A stretch of DNA of 64,000 nucleotides. It comes from Nitrosopumilus sp. (GTDB taxonomy: Archaea; Thermoproteota; Nitrososphaeria; Nitrososphaerales; Nitrosopumilaceae). Made by a program: the position numbers and the translations under genes. Shown piece by piece: positions 41,195-51,125 of this stretch (within the stretch, counting starts at the first letter, position 1; each line of letters begins with the position of its first letter). Location of the stretch: NCBI GenBank assembly GCA_965218695.1, contig OZ244651.1, positions 1,504,001-1,568,000 on the forward strand, in the 5' to 3' direction. The notes beneath the pieces are model-generated. The model worked only from the letters and a program-made list of their open reading frames with translations, was not told where the DNA came from and did no database searches.

Positions 41195-41851
41195 CTATCC
41201 GATTGATCTGGCAAACTCTGAGATAACTCCGTCCCAGTCTGCGGCCTTGACTATTCCGCTTGCCACCAGGACGCCCTTGGCTCCCAGTTCCACTGCCCTT
41301 GCCACGTCTGCGCCCGAGATTATTCCCGCCCCGCAGAGCAGCTCCGTCTGCCCGCTTGTGCCTATTGCCTTGCCTGCCCCGGTGATGAGATCCGGCCTCT
41401 CCTTTGAGATTGCCCTGCCCGAGCCAATCAGCTCCGGCGGCTCTATCGCTATGTAGTCCGGATCGAATCCAGCGTACCTTCCGGCCTCTTCCTCGTCCCT
41501 CACGCACACGATGGAGATCATTCCAAGCCCCCTCATCTTCTGTACCAGTCTCTCCACCACGGCGCTAGGAATCCTGTGCTCGCTGTGATTGATCAGGGAT
41601 CCCCTCACGCCTGACTTCCTTAGCATCTCCGGCACCACAAAGCCGGTCGTGCTGCCGACGCCGACGTCGTCCACGTGCTGGGCAAGGATGGGTATGCTGC
41701 TGCTGCCTGCGACTGCGCCAATCAGGTGCTGGGGTGGCGCGACGGCAATCTCGACGCCGTACCTTTCTGATACCTTCTCTGCAACCTTCACAAACTCGGT
41801 AATCCTCTCCCCTGCGACCTCCATGTAGTTCTTGCAGTTAATTACCAGCAT
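41195..41851 (-). CDS. tpiA: Triosephosphate isomerase (archaeal type)
   Basis: [37 protein letters not shown]. Confidence 0.96.
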   Translation of the reverse strand: MLVINCKNYMEVAGERITEFVKVAEKVSERYGVEIAVAPPQHLIGAVAGSSSIPILAQHVDDVGVGSTTGFVVPEMLRKSGVRGSLINHSEHRIPSAVVERLVQKMRGLGMISIVCVRDEEEAGRYAGFDPDYIAIEPPELIGSGRAISKERPDLITGAGKAIGTSGQTELLCGAGIISGADVARAVELGAKGVLVASGIVKAADWDGVISEFARSIG

Positions 41852-41947
41852 CCCTACTTGGGTACCTGATTTTCTATTTAATCCTTGGTTGCCCTGCCAC
41901 TGTCGGCAAGATTCCATTCCCGCGGCGCCGTGGTTTTGTTGCCTGCC

Positions 41948-44488
41948 CTATCCCCAGAAGAACTCGTCCAACCCCGACTGCTTTGGCTTCTTTAAGATGC
42001 TGTCAAAATCCAGGCTCATTGATGAGGTAATCTGCTCCAGGGTGGACTCCATGAACTCCATGTATTTTTTGGAGTCGATCTCGTCCCTTCTTGCCTTCTC
42101 GATGGGCTTTACGCCTATCTTGCCTATGACCTTGACGTAGGATATCCTGTCCCCCTTCTTTATCGTCCTGGTATCCTCCAGTTGCTTTGCGGCCTTTATG
42201 TGCTGCGGGACGGTCTTTGTATACTCTGCAGGCGACTTGCTGAGCATGACTGTGAACGTGAGGTCCTTCAGCGGTATCTCCTTTGACTCCACCCTCTTGC
42301 CGTACCCTGCAATCTTTTCTGAGATTGCCCTCTTTGCCTCCTCAAAGTCGCCCTCTGTCTGTATCCTTGAGAGCACCTCGAGGATCTCGCCAAACAGCCT
42401 CTTGATGAACGGAGGCGTGTGCGATTTTTTGCCCGTCAGCCCCTTGACGTCGACCTTTCCGGACTCTGTAACCCCAAAGTAGTTCTTCTTCCTGTTGCTC
42501 AGCACGCAGTACCTGTACTCCTTGTCAATCTCTAGATCAACTCCGTGGTCCCTCTTTGCCTGCTCTATTACCATCCGAATCTGCTGGGGCGTCGGCTTTT
42601 TGATGAACAGCGAGTCCGTATCCCCGTAGAGCACGTTGATTCCGGCAGCCTCGCATTTGTTGATCGTCTCCTGGATGGTATGCCTTCCGATTGCAGTAGT
42701 GGCCTCTGCTGCGGGAAGGAAATACAGCGGGAATATGTCTGCCCCCATTACGCCGTAACTGGCATTCAGAATAACCTTGAGTGCCTGGCTTACCACCGTA
42801 TACTGCTGCCTCTGCTCGTCTGTAAGGGTCTCCTTCCTTGAGAGGCTCTTGTAGTAGTTTACCCTCAAATCCCTCAGGGATCCGATGATCATTGATGTCA
42901 GCCCGTTCCTCTTTGAGCATGCCCAGTGGTTGGTCTGCGGGATTGTGTTCCTCTTGCACTCCTCGTGCGGGCACCTGACAGTCTCGTATGACAGGTTCCT
43001 GACCTTTATGATGCTAGGATACAGGCTTGCAAAGTCCATTACGACCACCTTGAAATGAATCCCCTCCTTGGGGCTGACTACCAGGCCGCCCTTGTACTTT
43101 TTGTCCTTGATTACGGCGTCTGACATGACGTCCCTTGATCTCTGTTTCAGCTCCGCCCTGTTTGGGATGAGGTAGCCCCTGACCCTGTGCTCGTAGTACA
43201 GCAGGCTTCTGATCCACTGCGACACCCCCATTCTTGCAATGTCGTCAACCGGCATCCTTCCAATTCTTGCGATGATTACAAGCAGGTTCATGAGGAGATC
43301 GCCGTTAAAGCTTGTCAGCTGGTATGTGAGGAGGGAGTCGTTGTAGCAGTAGTTTGCAGTCTGGTACAGGGTAAGCTGGTCAAGGTTCATCCCGTAGTCA
43401 ACCTTCTCCCTTCCAAGGAGGGCCTTTGAGACGCTGTTTAGAGAAAAGTCCGTATATGCCTGGCTGAAGGCGTAAATCTGAAACGAGCGGTTGGACATGG
43501 TCCTGTACAGGTCCAGGTGCACGCCCTCCTTTAGCGTGGCAGAGTTCCTCATCATGTAGATTGGAATCTGCGCATCCTCGATTCCAAGCCTCTTGGCCCT
43601 GTGGTAGAGGTATGGCAGGTCAAACTCGTCCCCGTTGTACGTTATCACAAACGGGAATGATCCGATCACCCCAAAGGCGTCCTGCAGCATCTCCTTTTCC
43701 TCCTCGTAAAAGACTACCTTGATCTCATCGCCAAGATCGTTTGTACCCACGGGGACGTCCTCGGTTTTGAGCACAAAGATTTGATCAAAATCGTCTGAAC
43801 CCTTGAAGCCTACTGCGGTGACCTTTTTTTCTGCAATCTTGGGATCCGGAATCCTGTCAGTCTCCGACTCCACCTCTATGTCTACTGCCAGCCTCCTGAT
43901 CCTTGGAATCGGCTGGTTCAGCAGATCCGCCCACTCCGAGATGAACTCCTTGAACTCTTCTGCATCCACCATGCTCTTGCTGTCCACCTTGTCCCACAGC
44001 AGGCTCTTGAGCGCAAGCCTGACCTCCTCGGAGATCTCCATGCTGTGGGGCACTATCTTTCCGTTTTCAGTCTTGTAGTATCTTCCAACCACAAGCCTCC
44101 TGTCGTAAAGGTAGTTCTCATAGTACTTGATGTCCGACTCCCAGGTCTCGATCAGGCTCCTGACGCCCCTGTCTCCTGCGCCGCCTCCGATTGCAAGGGG
44201 GTTTGCGACAGTTATCTTTGACATGTTTGCCGATTCGTCTCTTGCCAGGTCGTGCATCCGTGTAGTCTTTATCTCTAGGACGTCATCCCTGTTCTGAAGG
44301 AATCCCAGCTCGTCCGGGGACAGCCTGGAATAGCAGTACGGCTTGTGTCCGGTGTCGTCCTTCCACAAGAACAGCCTTTTGGACTCGGGATCATAAAACT
44401 TGAGGATTGCAAGATTCAGCGCGCCGTCATATGTTGCCGAGACGAGCATGGACGGGGGTATTGACTCTGTGGTCTGGACTGCCTGCAT
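41948..44488 (-). CDS. polB: Family B DNA polymerase (PolB1-type)
   Basis: Exonuclease DIEV and YNGDEFD; polymerase DFASLYPSII, KVILNASYG, YGDTDS, KKNY. Confidence 0.97.
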   Translation of the reverse strand: MQAVQTTESIPPSMLVSATYDGALNLAILKFYDPESKRLFLWKDDTGHKPYCYSRLSPDELGFLQNRDDVLEIKTTRMHDLARDESANMSKITVANPLAIGGGAGDRGVRSLIETWESDIKYYENYLYDRRLVVGRYYKTENGKIVPHSMEISEEVRLALKSLLWDKVDSKSMVDAEEFKEFISEWADLLNQPIPRIRRLAVDIEVESETDRIPDPKIAEKKVTAVGFKGSDDFDQIFVLKTEDVPVGTNDLGDEIKVVFYEEEKEMLQDAFGVIGSFPFVITYNGDEFDLPYLYHRAKRLGIEDAQIPIYMMRNSATLKEGVHLDLYRTMSNRSFQIYAFSQAYTDFSLNSVSKALLGREKVDYGMNLDQLTLYQTANYCYNDSLLTYQLTSFNGDLLMNLLVIIARIGRMPVDDIARMGVSQWIRSLLYYEHRVRGYLIPNRAELKQRSRDVMSDAVIKDKKYKGGLVVSPKEGIHFKVVVMDFASLYPSIIKVRNLSYETVRCPHEECKRNTIPQTNHWACSKRNGLTSMIIGSLRDLRVNYYKSLSRKETLTDEQRQQYTVVSQALKVILNASYGVMGADIFPLYFLPAAEATTAIGRHTIQETINKCEAAGINVLYGDTDSLFIKKPTPQQIRMVIEQAKRDHGVDLEIDKEYRYCVLSNRKKNYFGVTESGKVDVKGLTGKKSHTPPFIKRLFGEILEVLSRIQTEGDFEEAKRAISEKIAGYGKRVESKEIPLKDLTFTVMLSKSPAEYTKTVPQHIKAAKQLEDTRTIKKGDRISYVKVIGKIGVKPIEKARRDEIDSKKYMEFMESTLEQITSSMSLDFDSILKKPKQSGLDEFFWG

Positions 44489-44489
44489 T

Positions 44490-45011
44490 TTACACCCTCT
44501 CGTATTTTTTTGCCAGCTCCCTTACCCACCCTGCGATGGGCTCCCTGTCCAGTATGATGCACTCTGCGCCTGCCTCCTTTAGCAGTCCGCCGTCATCCTC
44601 CGGGTACGACTCTAGGCAGACAAATCTCTTGATTCCTGCAGTTATTGCCAGCTTGGTACACTCCATGCACGGCACGTACGTGGTGTACATGATGGAGCCC
44701 CCTCCTGTTGTTATGCCCAGGATTGCACAGTGGACTATTGCGTTTGACTCTGCGTGGTTGCACAGGCATCTCTCGAGGGATGCGCCGGACTCTATCTTTC
44801 CCTCCATCCTAAGCGTGCATCTTTTGCATCCGCCCTCAAAACAGTTCGTGACTCCAGGCGGCGTGCCGTTGTACCCTGCGGACAGCTGTATGTGGTTTCT
44901 GACTATGACTGCGCCCACCTTTCTGGTCATGCAGTTGGAGCGGAGCTTTACCAGCTCTGCCTGCAGCATAAAATACTCATTCCAGCTAGGCCTTGCAAAC
45001 CCCGTACTCAT
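44490..45011 (-). CDS. dCMP deaminase
   Basis: RPSW.EYFM, GYNGTP, HAESNA, PCMEC. Confidence 0.92.
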   Translation of the reverse strand: MSTGFARPSWNEYFMLQAELVKLRSNCMTRKVGAVIVRNHIQLSAGYNGTPPGVTNCFEGGCKRCTLRMEGKIESGASLERCLCNHAESNAIVHCAILGITTGGGSIMYTTYVPCMECTKLAITAGIKRFVCLESYPEDDGGLLKEAGAECIILDREPIAGWVRELAKKYERV

Positions 45012-45118
45012 GTAGGTTCATTGCCTGCTCCATATATTAGACTGCTGGACTGGAAGGCATCATCCAATGCCGCATCGCGTGTTTACGAAGACATAAAATC
45101 TGTAGTCGATGATTCTGT

Positions 45119-46642
45119 GTGTTGACAGAGTACGTTGAGAAAAAGTACGTCCGAAAGGATTCCATGGAACTGAGGGAGTACCAGGTGAATCTTGCGCAGC
45201 AGGCAGTCTCTGAAAACTGCATCGTCGTCCTGCCTACCGGTCTTGGAAAGACTGCAATAGCGCTCCAGGTGATAGCCGAGTATCTCTCAAGGGGAGAGGG
45301 GGGCGTGCTGTTCATGGCACCCACCAGGGTGCTGGTAAACCAGCACTATGAGTTTCTGCAGAAGCATCTTACGCTGGATGATATCTCGCTTGTCACCGGC
45401 AGTGATCCGGTCAAGAAGCGCAAGGGGCTGTGGGGGAACAGCGTAGTGTGTGCGACGCCGGAGATAACAAGAAATGATCTGGACCGGCAGATAGTGTCGC
45501 CTGAACAGTTCAGCCTCGTGGTGTTTGACGAGGTGCACCGGACGGTGGGAGACTATGCCTACTCTGGAATCGCCGAGCGCCTCGTGCACGCGCGGGCCAG
45601 GATTCTGGGCATGACTGCAACGCTTCCAAGCGAGACAGAAAAGGCCACTGAGATCCTCACAAGACTCCGAATATCAAGCGTTGCAGAGAGGACCGAGGAG
45701 AGCCCTGACGTCATACCATACACGCAGAAGACGCACACCGAATGGATAAGGGTGGATCTTCCGCCGGAACTCAAGGCCATTCAGACGCTGCTAAAACTGG
45801 CCCTGGATCAAAGGTATGACACCCTGAAGAGAAACGGCATAAGCATGTCCGGGCAGCAGTCGCTCTCTGCACTGCTTCGAATACGGAACTATGTGCTGAG
45901 CCAGAACAGGCGCTCGGCCAAGCCGCTCTTCACTGCAATCCGAATCCACTACGCATTGAACATACTTGAGGCGCACGGAATCACGCCGTTTTTGGAGTTC
46001 TGCAAGCGCGCACGGGCAAAGAAGGGGGCAGGAGTCAAGGAACTCTTCGAGGTTGATCCCAACTTTACCCGGGCGGTTCATCTTGCCATGGAGGCAAAGT
46101 CCCGGGGATTGGAGCACTCCAAGATTCCCAAACTAAAGGAGATAGTCGGGTCTGCTCCCGGAAAGGTGCTGATCTTTACAAGCTACAGGGACTCTGTTGG
46201 CATGATCTCCGAGAATCTGAACGCTGCGGGGATACCGTGCGGGATTCTGATAGGCAAGTCAGGCGAGGCCGGGTTGAAGCAGAAGGAGCAGATTCAGACC
46301 GTTCAAAAATTCAGGGACGGGGTGTTTCGCGTACTGATTGCCACCCGCGTAGGCGAGGAGGGCCTGGACATTGCCGAGGTAAACCAGGTAATCTTCTATG
46401 ACAACGTCCCAAGCTCCATAAGATACGTTCAGAGGAGGGGCAGGACAGGCAGGAAGGACACTGGAAATCTGGTGGTCTTGATAGCAAAGGACACCATCGA
46501 CGAGGCATACTACTGGATAGGACGCAGAAAGATGGCTGCCGCACGATCCATGGGTGGCCGGATGAGTGCCGTGATTGAGAGGAACCAGCCTGATGAGAAC
46601 CTGCCAGAGGATCCCCCTGCTGGGCTTGATGCGTTTATCTAA
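45119..46642 (+). CDS. Hef/FANCM-like SF2 helicase (helicase domain only)
   Basis: LPTGLGKT, DEVH, MTAT, GEEGLDI, QRRGRTGR. Confidence 0.92.
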   Translation: MLTEYVEKKYVRKDSMELREYQVNLAQQAVSENCIVVLPTGLGKTAIALQVIAEYLSRGEGGVLFMAPTRVLVNQHYEFLQKHLTLDDISLVTGSDPVKKRKGLWGNSVVCATPEITRNDLDRQIVSPEQFSLVVFDEVHRTVGDYAYSGIAERLVHARARILGMTATLPSETEKATEILTRLRISSVAERTEESPDVIPYTQKTHTEWIRVDLPPELKAIQTLLKLALDQRYDTLKRNGISMSGQQSLSALLRIRNYVLSQNRRSAKPLFTAIRIHYALNILEAHGITPFLEFCKRARAKKGAGVKELFEVDPNFTRAVHLAMEAKSRGLEHSKIPKLKEIVGSAPGKVLIFTSYRDSVGMISENLNAAGIPCGILIGKSGEAGLKQKEQIQTVQKFRDGVFRVLIATRVGEEGLDIAEVNQVIFYDNVPSSIRYVQRRGRTGRKDTGNLVVLIAKDTIDEAYYWIGRRKMAAARSMGGRMSAVIERNQPDENLPEDPPAGLDAFI

Positions 46643-46899
46643 TCTCTCATGATGCCATCCAGGATATTTTGTCTTCTCTGTATTATCCTGTTCTTCATTC
46701 CGGATTCCAGGTGGTGTATGCTGCTGCTGTCTTTTGCCTCGAGCAGGCGGTCCAGCCTCAAGTCAAACTGCCTTCGAAGAAAGTCCTCAAGGCCTGTGCC
46801 CTTCATCCCAAGGTTTTCAGACGCATCCGCTGCAAGGCGCGTGATGGATCTTTCCAGGTATGCCAGAATCTCCTCCAGACTCTCCTCGTTTAGCACCAT
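46639..46899 (-). CDS. Hypothetical protein
   Basis: Helical ORF MVLNEESLEEIL...; start uncertain. Confidence 0.55.
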   Translation of the reverse strand: MVLNEESLEEILAYLERSITRLAADASENLGMKGTGLEDFLRRQFDLRLDRLLEAKDSSSIHHLESGMKNRIIQRRQNILDGIMRD

Positions 46900-47121
46900 G
46901 ACCTGCATCTTCTCAGAACGGCAAAAAATGTTGCGCCCGGTTCTGTAACCTGTGTCCTGCACCTGCCCCATGCGACAGGGCAGCAGCAGCAGTAGCATCC
47001 AAATGTCACGCAAGCCTCTTGATTATGTGGTATCCAAACTCTGTCTTGACCGGTTCTGACATCTCTCCGATGCGCATCTTGAATGTGGTCTCCTCAAACG
47101 GCTTTACCATTCTGCCTCTTG

Positions 47122-48883
47122 CAGCTAACCCAAAAGTAATTTTGTCCACGTAACGCACATGCGCCAAAACATGGCTGCAGAAGCATTCGACCTAGATGAT
47201 CAGTGTCAACGCACGTCACATCGGACCGCATTCCGGGCTCGGGATGGTTGTTGTGCAGATAAGTGGATTCGGGGATGCACGGCATGCACCACCACACAGG
47301 ACAACCCAGAATCCATAATATCCTTGCCGGGTTTTTATTTAAGCGCACCCGTGCGGCGGCAAGGCGTGCCGTGCAGGCACAAACGCAGCACGCCCCGGGG
47401 AGGCAGCCGGGATGAGCAGACACGGCGTGCCCTCCAATCAGGGGGCAAACAAGATCATGCGCGACTTCCGAAACAACTCCCGGATCCGCTGCCAAATGAT
47501 GCCGGGACTCTGCGACGTCGTCGGGTCGATCGTCCCTCTTCCGGCCGGACGCAACAGGAAATACGGCGTATCGGACCTGAGCGACGGCATGGTGAGGGGA
47601 GCCATCCTTGACACGTCAGTCGGCGGCGCGGCCAACGGCATGCGGTCGGCATCGGAGGCCGGAGACGCAAGGGCAGGCCATGCGGTTCCAAGTGACGAGT
47701 GGTTCCGGCTGAGGCTGCTTGGCATCGACGAGGACAACATGGCGTGCCGGTTCAGGCAGGCAGTCTCTGGGCAGCTGGACCGGCTGGGACAGGCAGGCAT
47801 GCTGCCTGTCGAGGGGCTCACAGTCGCCATAGACATGCACCTGATATCCCGGTATGACCGAACGCGCGGTCCCGAGCTTGCGCGCTCTAGGTACAAAAAC
47901 GGGACAAAATATTTTGAAAGATACATCACCGCCCAAGCAGTCAACCCCGGCGCGCGCCTGAACCTTGCCGCGCTGGGCGTGCCGGCGCTCACGTCAGGCC
48001 CGGACATGGCAGGAGCCGTGCTTGACGGCTGCCTTGCCGCAGGAGCCAAGATCGGCCTTGTCCTGATGGACAGGGAATTTTTTGCAATGCAGACGATCGA
48101 CGCGCTAAACAGCAGGGGAATCGACTACCTCATGCCTGCCAGGAACACCCCCGGGGTGGCAGAGGCGCTGCGGGAGTTTGCAGAAGGCACCAGAAACGCA
48201 GTCTCAGAGTACGTCATGCACGGCCGGGGCAAGTCGGCATCGTGCTTTCTGTCCATAGTGAGGCGAAAGGGCTGCCAAGATCCCAACGCCAAACCAGAAG
48301 AGAAGTACATCGGGTTTGCCACCAGCGTGCCGGGCATAAACCCCGACGCGTATGCCGCCCGATGGGGGATAGAGACCGGATACGCCAAGATAGAGAGCAT
48401 GAGGGCCAAGACGCGCAGCCGCAACCGCGTCGCGCGCCTCTTCTGCTTCCTGTACTCCCTGCTGTTATTCAACCTGTGGGTTGCAGCCAACGCGCTTTTG
48501 GCGTTCCGGTCAGGAGACCATGCCGGCCCCAAGACCACGCAGACTGCGCTAAAGTTCGTGCTGCTGTTGTGGATCCTTGGGCAGCGGCCCGGTCCCGAAC
48601 CCCCGCCGGGCTTGCCTGACTTGCCCGGCGTCCGGCCAGTGCCCGCCTGATCTCATCTGTTGCCTGCCTGCCTGCATGCCGCATGACAGGGCATATTGCG
48701 CACATTTTTTCACGCCGCGTCGATATCTGCACATCACATGGACAGGATGCCAGCACTCCGGGTTTGGGATGCGCGTGTCGGTCGACTAATTCCGTTTTCA
48801 TGGAACCTGCGGGCAGTTTTACATCAGAATGCATGGCATCACGTGTTGGACTTGCGTGTAGTGAATTAGATTTGGGTTAGCTG
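47122..48883 (+). mobile_element. ISH3-family insertion sequence (element C, 1762 bp)
   Basis: TIR CAGCTAACCCAAA..TAATT; 5-bp TSD TCTTG (47117-47121, 48884-48888). Confidence 0.92.
47412..48650 (+). CDS. ISH3/IS4-like DDE transposase
   Basis: AIDMHLISRYD, MDREFF, YAARWGIETGY. Confidence 0.88.
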   Translation: MSRHGVPSNQGANKIMRDFRNNSRIRCQMMPGLCDVVGSIVPLPAGRNRKYGVSDLSDGMVRGAILDTSVGGAANGMRSASEAGDARAGHAVPSDEWFRLRLLGIDEDNMACRFRQAVSGQLDRLGQAGMLPVEGLTVAIDMHLISRYDRTRGPELARSRYKNGTKYFERYITAQAVNPGARLNLAALGVPALTSGPDMAGAVLDGCLAAGAKIGLVLMDREFFAMQTIDALNSRGIDYLMPARNTPGVAEALREFAEGTRNAVSEYVMHGRGKSASCFLSIVRRKGCQDPNAKPEEKYIGFATSVPGINPDAYAARWGIETGYAKIESMRAKTRSRNRVARLFCFLYSLLLFNLWVAANALLAFRSGDHAGPKTTQTALKFVLLLWILGQRPGPEPPPGLPDLPGVRPVPA

Positions 48884-49096
48884 TCTTGCAAAATAGCCAA
48901 GGCTGCCGTCCCTTTTTGCACTGCCAGAATCAATTGATACCTCCTTTGCCACCTTTCCAAACTTCTCGCCGCCCCTGATCCTCTCCAGGACGGCTATGGC
49001 CTCGCTCTGTTTTGCGACAAGGATGTGTGAGCACTTTATCTTGTTTGACATGCAGTTTTGTCGCGGTTCTTCTCTTAATTGCTTTTGGATGGGTAA

Positions 49097-50309
49097 GGGT
49101 GTGTCCTAGTAATAAAAAATGCCATCCCATGTACCAGAATGCCAAAGACACGATTGGTGCCAGAACCCGTCGACGCCAACAGTGCCGCACCATCGATCCT
49201 CCACAACCCATAAAATCCCCCAAATCCAAGACACTGTGCGGAGGCTCCGCTAGGAGGCGCGTGTCAAGACGCGCCAGCTATGCTGCAAGTGTCGCGATTT
49301 GATCCTGTGTGAGCCTGCCGTCTTTTGCCTGCAATCTGGCCACGAGCTCGATGTTGTAGCACATGACACGGATCGCAGTCTCCCTTGTCCGGTTCTCGTG
49401 TTTTCGGCACCTGGTGCTGTCCCCGTACATCTTCTTGAGGGCGGCAAAGACTGCCTCGATGATGCTGCGCTGGTGGTATTCCGAGTCAAACCTGTCCCGT
49501 TCATCCATGTACAGGCTTACCATCTCGCGCCACGACTGGCTTCCCCTGGCGTTGCGTATGGTGTTGGATTTTGGCTTGATGCGGGGTACCATTCCCATCG
49601 CAGATATCATGTTGCACATTAGCCTTGCCAGATATGCAGAATCCAGGCAAAAGTCGCCGGTGCCCCGGCCTAACCTGCCGAGCATCGCGTACAGCCCGTT
49701 TATGTCTGCCACTGCGCTGTCAGTTGCCATGCAGTCGATTATCACCCTGGTGCGGATATCCACGATTGCGTGCAGCTTGACCCATCCCTTTCTGGTACGA
49801 AAACTGTCGGTCCTGACGTCAAACCACCTGACAAACCGCAGGTACGAGTACCCGGTACCGTCTGCTGCCAGGGAGCCTGCCTCCACCTCCCTGATGGCAA
49901 TCCGGTGTGCCTCTGCCAGGTACCATTCCGGGATCAGGCCGTAGGCGCGTGCTATCGTGCTCTTGGAGGGAATTTTCTCTAGGCCCATCTTGGCTGCCAT
50001 GGCGCTATTGTTTCGGAGGATGCCGACCATCTTACGGTAGGTCGTGCGCTGTGCCTCAAGCATGATGCAGACAGCTGCCATGGCGCCAGGCGGGTATGCC
50101 GTCATGCCGCCCAGGCCGGGCCTGACGGCGTACGGATCCCCAAGATTCTTGATTATTCCCAGCACGGTATTCAGCATGAGGCCCGACAGGTACTGCTGAA
50201 CCAAATCGTACTGTCGTTGGTCGCGTTTCTTTGTAGTCATTAGGCGATGCCGTGATCCGCCGATCCATATCTTTTGTCATCCGGGGGTATATGCCTCTAG
50301 GACACACCC
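49097..50309 (-). mobile_element. IS5-family element, copy 2 (1213 bp)
   Basis: TIR GGGTGTGTCCTAG; 9-bp TSD GATGGGTAA. Confidence 0.92.
49278..50240 (-). CDS. IS5-like DDE transposase
   Basis: Differs from 37604-38566 by one residue (V/A) in the ORF track. Confidence 0.88.
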   Translation of the reverse strand: MTTKKRDQRQYDLVQQYLSGLMLNTVLGIIKNLGDPYAVRPGLGGMTAYPPGAMAAVCIMLEAQRTTYRKMVGILRNNSAMAAKMGLEKIPSKSTIARAYGLIPEWYLAEAHRIAIREVEAGSLAADGTGYSYLRFVRWFDVRTDSFRTRKGWVKLHAIVDIRTRVIIDCMATDSAVADINGLYAMLGRLGRGTGDFCLDSAYLARLMCNMISAMGMVPRIKPKSNTIRNARGSQSWREMVSLYMDERDRFDSEYHQRSIIEAVFAALKKMYGDSTRCRKHENRTRETAIRVMCYNIELVARLQAKDGRLTQDQIATLAA

Positions 50310-50474
50310 GATGGGTAATCTACTCCAAATATGATGGTGCACGATGGCCATAATCTCATCATATTCATTCAGGATCAAAAGACGGTACTTCGAATGGACG
50401 ATCTGATCTGTGCTTGCGTGGGAGGCGGCTTGGTGGGGCTGCCGTCTTGAGGGCGCAGGTTCTGTAATTCCCGG

Positions 50475-50672
50475 TTATACCTTTTTCTTTCCAAGTATGA
50501 TGTTGCGCACCTTTACCATCTTTCTTGCAAGCATGAAACCCGCACCTGACATGCAGCTCCCTATTATGACATGCAGTATGCTGGAGTCCTGCTGTGGTGC
50601 CACCAGCATCACGTATGCAAACCCTGCAATCATCAGCATGACGCCAAAGGCTGCAAAGATTGCCATCATCAT
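50475..50672 (-). CDS. Small two-TM membrane protein
   Basis: Two hydrophobic helices, basic tail, ATGA overlap with the upstream gene. Confidence 0.55.
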   Translation of the reverse strand: MMMAIFAAFGVMLMIAGFAYVMLVAPQQDSSILHVIIGSCMSGAGFMLARKMVKVRNIILGKKKV

Positions 50673-50971
50673 TGGGATCCTGGGGGGATTGGGGGAAGTT
50701 CGTTGGCGGATCTTTCGGTGAATCCTGCATCCATGCAGACACTGCAGCAGTGCCTCTGTTTCTTTTCACGCCACACTGATTCCAAAAAATAAAATTCCTG
50801 ATGGCACGAATCACAGGCCCTTTTTGGTATGGTGACCCCTCCGTGGTCGTCAAAGTTCTGGCCCATCTTCTTCATGCATTCCCTGCAAAAGTATCCGTGT
50901 ATGCGCCACTGCTTTTGAAAGTTGTACTTTTTCCATCCCAGCGGCGTGTTGCAGCCGGTGCATGAAGTCAT
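50669..50971 (-). CDS. Cys-rich (4x CxxC) putative zinc-binding protein
   Basis: CTGC, CREC, CDSC, CSVC. Confidence 0.6.
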   Translation of the reverse strand: MTSCTGCNTPLGWKKYNFQKQWRIHGYFCRECMKKMGQNFDDHGGVTIPKRACDSCHQEFYFLESVWREKKQRHCCSVCMDAGFTERSANELPPIPPGSQ

Positions 50972-51125
50972 GCGCGCCCACCACCTGGCCTGCTACCGGC
51001 AGGAATTGCCTTGGCCGCCGCATAATTGCACGCCCCCCAGTGATCTGCAGGGGAATCCCCTGAATCCCCGCAATCCAGACCGCCGGTAAACTGGGTTTGC
51101 CGCCGTATGCCATCGTATCCATATT

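Larger units (their letters stand above)
47006..49051 (-). pseudogene. Parvulin-type peptidyl-prolyl isomerase split by an ISH3 element
   Basis: MSNKIKCSHILV...DGSLGYFAR (48884-49051) joins GRMVKPFEE...[13 protein letters not shown] (47006-47121) in frame. Confidence 0.93.

Noticed and set aside
41948-44488. PolB as a casposon or viral polymerase, or intein-containing
   Set aside because: It has the length and motifs of the cellular PolB1 type, sits among housekeeping genes, and shows no cas1, TIRs or intein insertion.
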